64,000 nt of DNA, taken from the NCBI RefSeq assembly GCF_964355755.1, contig NC_092678.1, positions 20,229,365 through 20,293,364 on the forward strand. Reading direction: 5' to 3'. The notes under the pieces are model-generated. The model was not told the DNA's origin and did no database searches. It saw only the letters and a list, made by a program, of their open reading frames with translations. Below are positions 59,102-64,000 of the stretch, piece by piece (the first letter of the stretch is position 1; each line of letters begins with the position of its first letter). A program made the translations under genes and the position numbers. The stretch is from Antedon mediterranea. Lineage: Eukaryota; Animalia; Echinodermata.

Positions 59102-60650
59102 CTAGATTTGAACTCGTCACTTTGACGAGTTCGGGTTATCCGCGCAAACGCAACATGCACATACTTTAAACTATATGAACCTCGACAATTATTATGCCAT
59201 CCTATGACATGAAATAAACGTGTTTACAGTGCTGAATTGTACCTATTTTGTAGCATACAGCATAGTACAGTGTTTACAGAATACACTGTATGTTATATAC
59301 AGTGTAGCATAGACGAAATTACGAGACCCATCTTTTAAATCCAATTATTAACACGATGACGTCATCAAATTGACATATAAAAATAACAATTTTAGAAGAT
59401 AATTATCTAAATAATTACATTAAAACAAATTTGAAGAATTTTGGGAACGTAAAAGTGAGATGCGCTCTCGTTTAAACGCAATGAACTTTTACCCAAGAGA
59501 TGAAAATATGACTTTTTGAATTCAACTGGCCATATGATGACATCACAACATCTGATTGGCAAAATATTCACATCAATTCGTATCTACAATCCAATATCTT
59601 CCAGAAAACGTTTTAATAATGATTATCACTTTTTAATCTGACGAGCTATAACAGATTGAAATTTACTGTAAAGATGAAAATAAGTGACCCAAGTTATTTA
59701 CGTTTTTAGACATGATGACGTCATAAAAATTAAAATATTTTTAATTCATGCGAAAGATAGTTGATTGACGTAGACAATATTACAATTGCGGGGGGAAATG
59801 GAATACGTATAAGCGAGATGCGCTTTGTTGAATGTGATGAGCAATAACGAAAGAGTAAAAAATCCTATATTTTATATTCGGGTGGCCATACGATGACGTC
59901 ACAATATCCGGTTAGCCATATCAATGCCTGATTTGAGAAATAAAACTCATCTACTTCCAGAATATGTAATTTAAAAAAAGTTCACCATGTAGTTTAGAAT
60001 TTATGACTGTTTAAAAAAAGGTCTAATTTTGACGAATTTTTAAAGTTTTTCATCAAAAACGCGCGCAAATTATCCAATTCTACGTGCTCGTGTGACGTGA
60101 TTTTAAGTCGAAATTGATTGAAAATTGATAAATTTACTAGAAAAGGCTGAAAAAACAAAAATCAAGCAAAAAAAAGATGTTTTTGCGCTACGTGCGCACG
60201 CGCGCGTACAAAATTTGCGCACGCGTGGGAAATTTTGAAATGCTCAAAATGACATGAAACGCGTAGAAAGTTGATTAGAAATGAATTTTGCGCATTTTGA
60301 AATTTTGAACGCGCGTGCGCGCGTAACTTTATGTACAACATGCCATTTTTAATCCATAGAAAGTTTGCGCATGATATGACTTAAATTTTTACCAAGTTTC
60401 AATACAAAATGACTATTGGTTTTTAATCTATGATCAATCATTGAAATTCATAAAATCGCGCGTAACTTACGCTGCGCAACTCCGAAATCGCCGAAAAGCT
60501 TGGCTGCACATCTACAGTTATAGGTCAACCTTATGACAAAGTTATACAATCTTATGTTGGCCAGAAGATAGAGATATGCTGCGAACAAAATTCGGCTCTT
60601 TCGTCAAATTTATACAAATTTCAAAGAGTGCGCAGTGCGCTCCTAGATAA
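59102..60650 (-). mobile_element. Third, more divergent Helentron/DINE-like copy
   Basis: Reverse complement of the 45203-48316 units, with CTAG, the CTCGTC/GACGAG hairpin and GTTATCCGC at 59102-59143. The far end is approximate. Confidence 0.75.
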
Positions 60651-61217
60651 AAAGAAAATTACAGTATTTAATAAGATATAATATAGTAATAATATTCTGT
60701 ATACCTATAAACTATATTTAATAAAGGCAACTTAACAACAGGATGCTGAATGAGCTCCTCCAGAGATCAATGGGTTTATCTGTGGCTGTGATCAAAGGAC
60801 TGTTACGAATTCCTATCTTTGCAAGGCGATCTTGGTGTCCTGCTGTTGATAGATTGTCTACAGAGTGGGGCCGGGAGGGCCTTTTTTATTCTGACCACAT
60901 TAAGTCCCAACCCACCAAGAAGAAGAGTTTTCTTAACTAAATTGTTTGCATACTATTTCCCCATATAAAATAGGCCTAGGCCCCTATGTACGCTCTTAGG
61001 CCAATTGGCAAAAAAGGTAGGACCTAAGCTACTAGTAGGGCTAGGGCCTATGTCTATACTTCTAACTACTGACATCTTAGTCATCATTAATATAGGTTAG
61101 ATAGTATAGGCCTAGCTCTGAATGCCAAACCTAGCTAACTAGGCCCTAGGCCTACTACTGTACTATTACTAGCCTAGCCTAGTAGTTGTGGCATAATAGG
61201 CCTAGTTAGGACTAGGG

Positions 61218-61749
61218 TGTGTGACCGAAACGGCCGCCAACATTTTCTATGGGACGCCAATACAGTATTATAAACGTACAGTAAAGCCTATGAAACCATG
61301 ATGGAGGAACAAATAAATGAAACCAACCAATATATGTTTAAGAATAAAATCAAAGAATAAACGTATTTTTTAGTTAAGTTTTTATTAAAATAATGTTTAT
61401 TATAATAATTCACCATTCTGAATTTATTTAACGTATTCAAACAAATACTGTATCAATTATTGAAGTTGAAATAGGCAAAACAGTCGGCGGCCGTTTTTAA
61501 TAATATTATAATATTTAATGTAATGTAAAATTAAAATAATGATAATTAAAAACATCTATCTGTTAATATTTATTAAGTCACATACGTCTAAAGTCAGTTC
61601 AATCTGAAAAAAAAAGTAAAACAATTGTATTAAACCACACGTCGTTTTGATTACACGTTGTTGACAAACGGCACACGCGGCGTTTCATACATTCAATTGT
61701 GTTTTAATTGGCGGCCGTTTCAGTCGGCGGCCGTTTCGGCAGTAAACCA
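61218..61749. mobile_element. Degenerate TIR element with GGCGGCCGTTTC subrepeats
   Basis: CCGAAACGGCCGCC at the left and GGCGGCCGTTTCAGTCGGCGGCCGTTTCGG at the right. Confidence 0.45.
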
Positions 61750-61948
61750 TCAGGGCTAGGCCTAGTAGGCTAGCCTAGGCCTATAGTCAGAATAAATTGC
61801 GCGCCGCCTGGCGATTTCAATTAAAAATTTCACAAACACAACCACAACAGGCTTACAAAGTTTATCCGTGACAGATCATACAAAACTAGGCCTATGTTGT
61901 AAAACAAATTGTATTTGTACCCTCCCTCCAACTATGCTGCTATGCTAT

Positions 61949-64000
61949 TGTTGTGAAAGGGGTCTCGCGCTTGAATACCCGGTCCAGTTTGCTCATTTGC
62001 ATGTAAATCAGCTGGTTGAAATGCATGGTTGACCCCACCAGGATAGGCTAGTTAGCTCACTTGATGTCTGGACCCCATGTAGGAAACATGCTTGATGCAT
62101 AAGAGTACCCTGTACTATAAACAGTATTTACCCTAGAGTGGTACTGGACATTGAGTCTCTGTAGTGGTTTAGGTACTGCGGGACTGAATAAGGTGAGTGT
62201 ATTTGCTTGCTTTAGTAGGCCATTTCAGTGCTAGCCTAAAATCACAACATTGGCGCTGCGAGCAAAAGCTCGGAAATCTTTTTTTTTGGTGGGGAGGCGG
62301 GTGCCTTGATTGCCAGCTGGCATTCTTAACGTGATCGGGTTGATTGCGAGGTATTTCGTCCTCTGCTGAAACTATTAACTTATTGTACTTACGGTGCATT
62401 TGTTAGTTTATTGAAGTCGATATCTTTATTGAAGATTACAACATACCGGTAAAGTTAATCACGCAGTATTGTGGCATTTGGATACTTGCTGATTAGCGTA
62501 TCGACGGGGTAGTCGATGCGTACCGGGAGTTGTATTTATTTTGCTGTAGTTGAAGGATTAGTGGGCAGTTTACTAGGCCGTATCACCTGGTGGGATACTA
62601 GGCGTGGCCGTTGAACTGAGTGGCACCACTAATTTTAACTTTGATTATATACTGGCTGTGCGTAATATATTGTGTTAACTTCACAGTGGCATTACCGCTT
62701 TCCTTTCTTTGCATCGGGGGAAGGTTTAGTGGTAAGTGTTGTTAAACTGTATCGACGTCTTTTTAATAATCTAGTTGCTTGTTATTGCAGGTTTGCTGGT
62801 GCAATATTTTAACTGTATTTGTATCGCCAGCTGCCATTTTGCAATATTTGTGTGCGGGTTATTGCATTGAAGATATTTTATTATACTGGTGTGCTTGTAT
62901 TTATTACTACGTCTATCAGTATTTTAATCCATATTGTATTCTATGCTAAATAACATCTGTTATCTCACACTGCAGCTAGTTTTACCACACTGAAGATCGT
63001 AAAGTGTTACTACAACTTTTATTCCGGGCCAGTCTGTTTTCTTCTGGAAAGCTTGAAGACTGTTCACGTGATTTGTGACTTCAACTTCACACGCTGATTA
63101 TCACTGCCTTTCTGTGGAGGGGAGTGGTCTGGTGATCAGTGTTCGTTGAGCATTACCAAGATCTGGATTTGAAGTATCGTCATCATTTGAATGCTGTGCA
63201 ATTGGTGAATGTATCACAAATGTTTTAATAGTTTTATGTCCATTTTAATAGTACAGGCATTGGTATTTTATGGCATTTTACATTCCTAGTTTATACACAG
63301 TATTCATCTTAAACCGGATAAGTACTAGTGGCAGAACATACATTTAGATACATTTTAATGAAAGTCTTTGACCTCTGGCAATACTTTTATATCGTATGTT
63401 TTAAAGGATGCCTCATGTTGCAATAAATTTCTGGACAGAGCCGGAGCTCGTCCATCTACTAGGAAAGAGAGCTAGGAAAATTACTGATTGGAGGTCCAAA
63501 TTTGGAAATATTAGAGCCTGTGACTTAGAATATTTAACTGGAATCAAGTGCTTGTCATCCAAAACGACTCGCTGGGATTTCACACCGAATCCTCAATTAG
63601 TGAGTAGTTGGGTTCAGAACACTAGCACTCCTCAGTTGTTCCATGCAGCACAAGTTCCATTTGGAACTTATTCTGGTGATTTACCTGGTGGTAGTTTCTC
63701 ATGGAGACACACCAGTACCAACCAACCTAGTTCTGACCACAGAGAAAAGACGGATTCAGGTTGTAGGAATACTCACTATAGGTATGCAACCAAAGCAGAA
63801 TGTCAACCAATATCTGAACTGTTAGCTTTAGACTCTAGTCTTAATGTACGGGGTCACCATTGCACTAAAGGTAGTAAAACCTCAAAAACTAGATCTGTGT
63901 CTAAGCTTTGTAGATTACTGACAGAGGATTGTTTCAGTGACTCTTCTAGTAGCTCTAGTCTTATGGACTCCAGCTCTAGTAATGATGAGAGTTGTACAAG
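61949..64000 (+). mobile_element. Second Ty3/Gypsy element (5' part; runs off the window)
   Basis: A 301-bp LTR TGTTGTGAA...CCTAAAATCACAACA (61949-62249), the same PBS TGGCGCTGCGAGC, a leader near-identical to element 1, and a gag-like ORF from 63408. Confidence 0.9.
63408..64000 (+). CDS. gag: N-terminus of a divergent HhH-Gag (open to window end, missing from the ORF track)
   Basis: Hand translation MPHVAINFWTEPELVHLLGKRARKITDWRSKFGNIRACDLEYLTGIK...WDFTPNPQL has no stop for 197 codons. It aligns with element-1 Gag at NF, GK.RA..I..WR...GNI and DF.PNP.L, then enters a Ser-rich linker. Confidence 0.85.
   Translation, partial: MPHVAINFWTEPELVHLLGKRARKITDWRSKFGNIRACDLEYLTGIKCLSSKTTRWDFTPNPQLVSSWVQNTSTPQLFHAAQVPFGTYSGDLPGGSFSWRHTSTNQPSSDHREKTDSGCRNTHYRYATKAECQPISELLALDSSLNVRGHHCTKGSKTSKTRSVSKLCRLLTEDCFSDSSSSSSLMDSSSSNDESCT

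Noticed and set aside
60705-60937. Possible minus-strand exon
   Set aside because: Plausible AG/GT borders but no convincing reading frame. It is mentioned only as a prediction under the CTAG-cluster finding.
63643-63825. 60-aa ORF with a hydrophobic N-terminus
   Set aside because: It is an alternative frame inside the longer gag-like ORF starting at 63408.

Overview
AT-rich, intron-containing animal genomic DNA; an invertebrate is likely, and an echinoderm origin is only a guess. No prokaryotic features, rRNA, true tRNA or CRISPR were seen. The host content is a tandem pair of multi-exon genes on the + strand: A (CDS 10720-32777, 17 exons, ~779 aa) and B (CDS 40442-54734, 12 exons, ~700 aa), with a decayed third fragment between them. 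Reading the splice sites by hand gives one continuous frame in both: signal peptide, TNFR-type cysteine-rich repeats, Thr/Pro stalk, TM helix, micro-exon linker, death domain and a C-terminal vertnin/A20-like OTU cysteine-protease domain. That is a death receptor apparently carrying its own deubiquitinase-like module. Intron 1 of gene A holds an intact 7.8-kb Ty3/Gypsy element (11124-18921, identical 298-bp LTRs, ATAT TSD). Its Gag starts with a helix-hairpin-helix motif, gag-pol is joined by a -1 frameshift cassette, and the integrase ends in a PHF8/BPTF-type PHD finger predicted to read H3K4me3. A second, protein-divergent Gypsy starts at 61949 and shares a near-identical PBS/leader with the first. 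The rest is non-autonomous DNA transposons (P-like, Sola2-like, Kolobok-like, Harbinger-like, foldback, Helentron/DINE-like), a Rex1/Babar LINE, a tRNA-derived SINE, a Penelope-type hammerhead motif and tandem repeats. All family assignments come from motif recognition by eye, not database searches.
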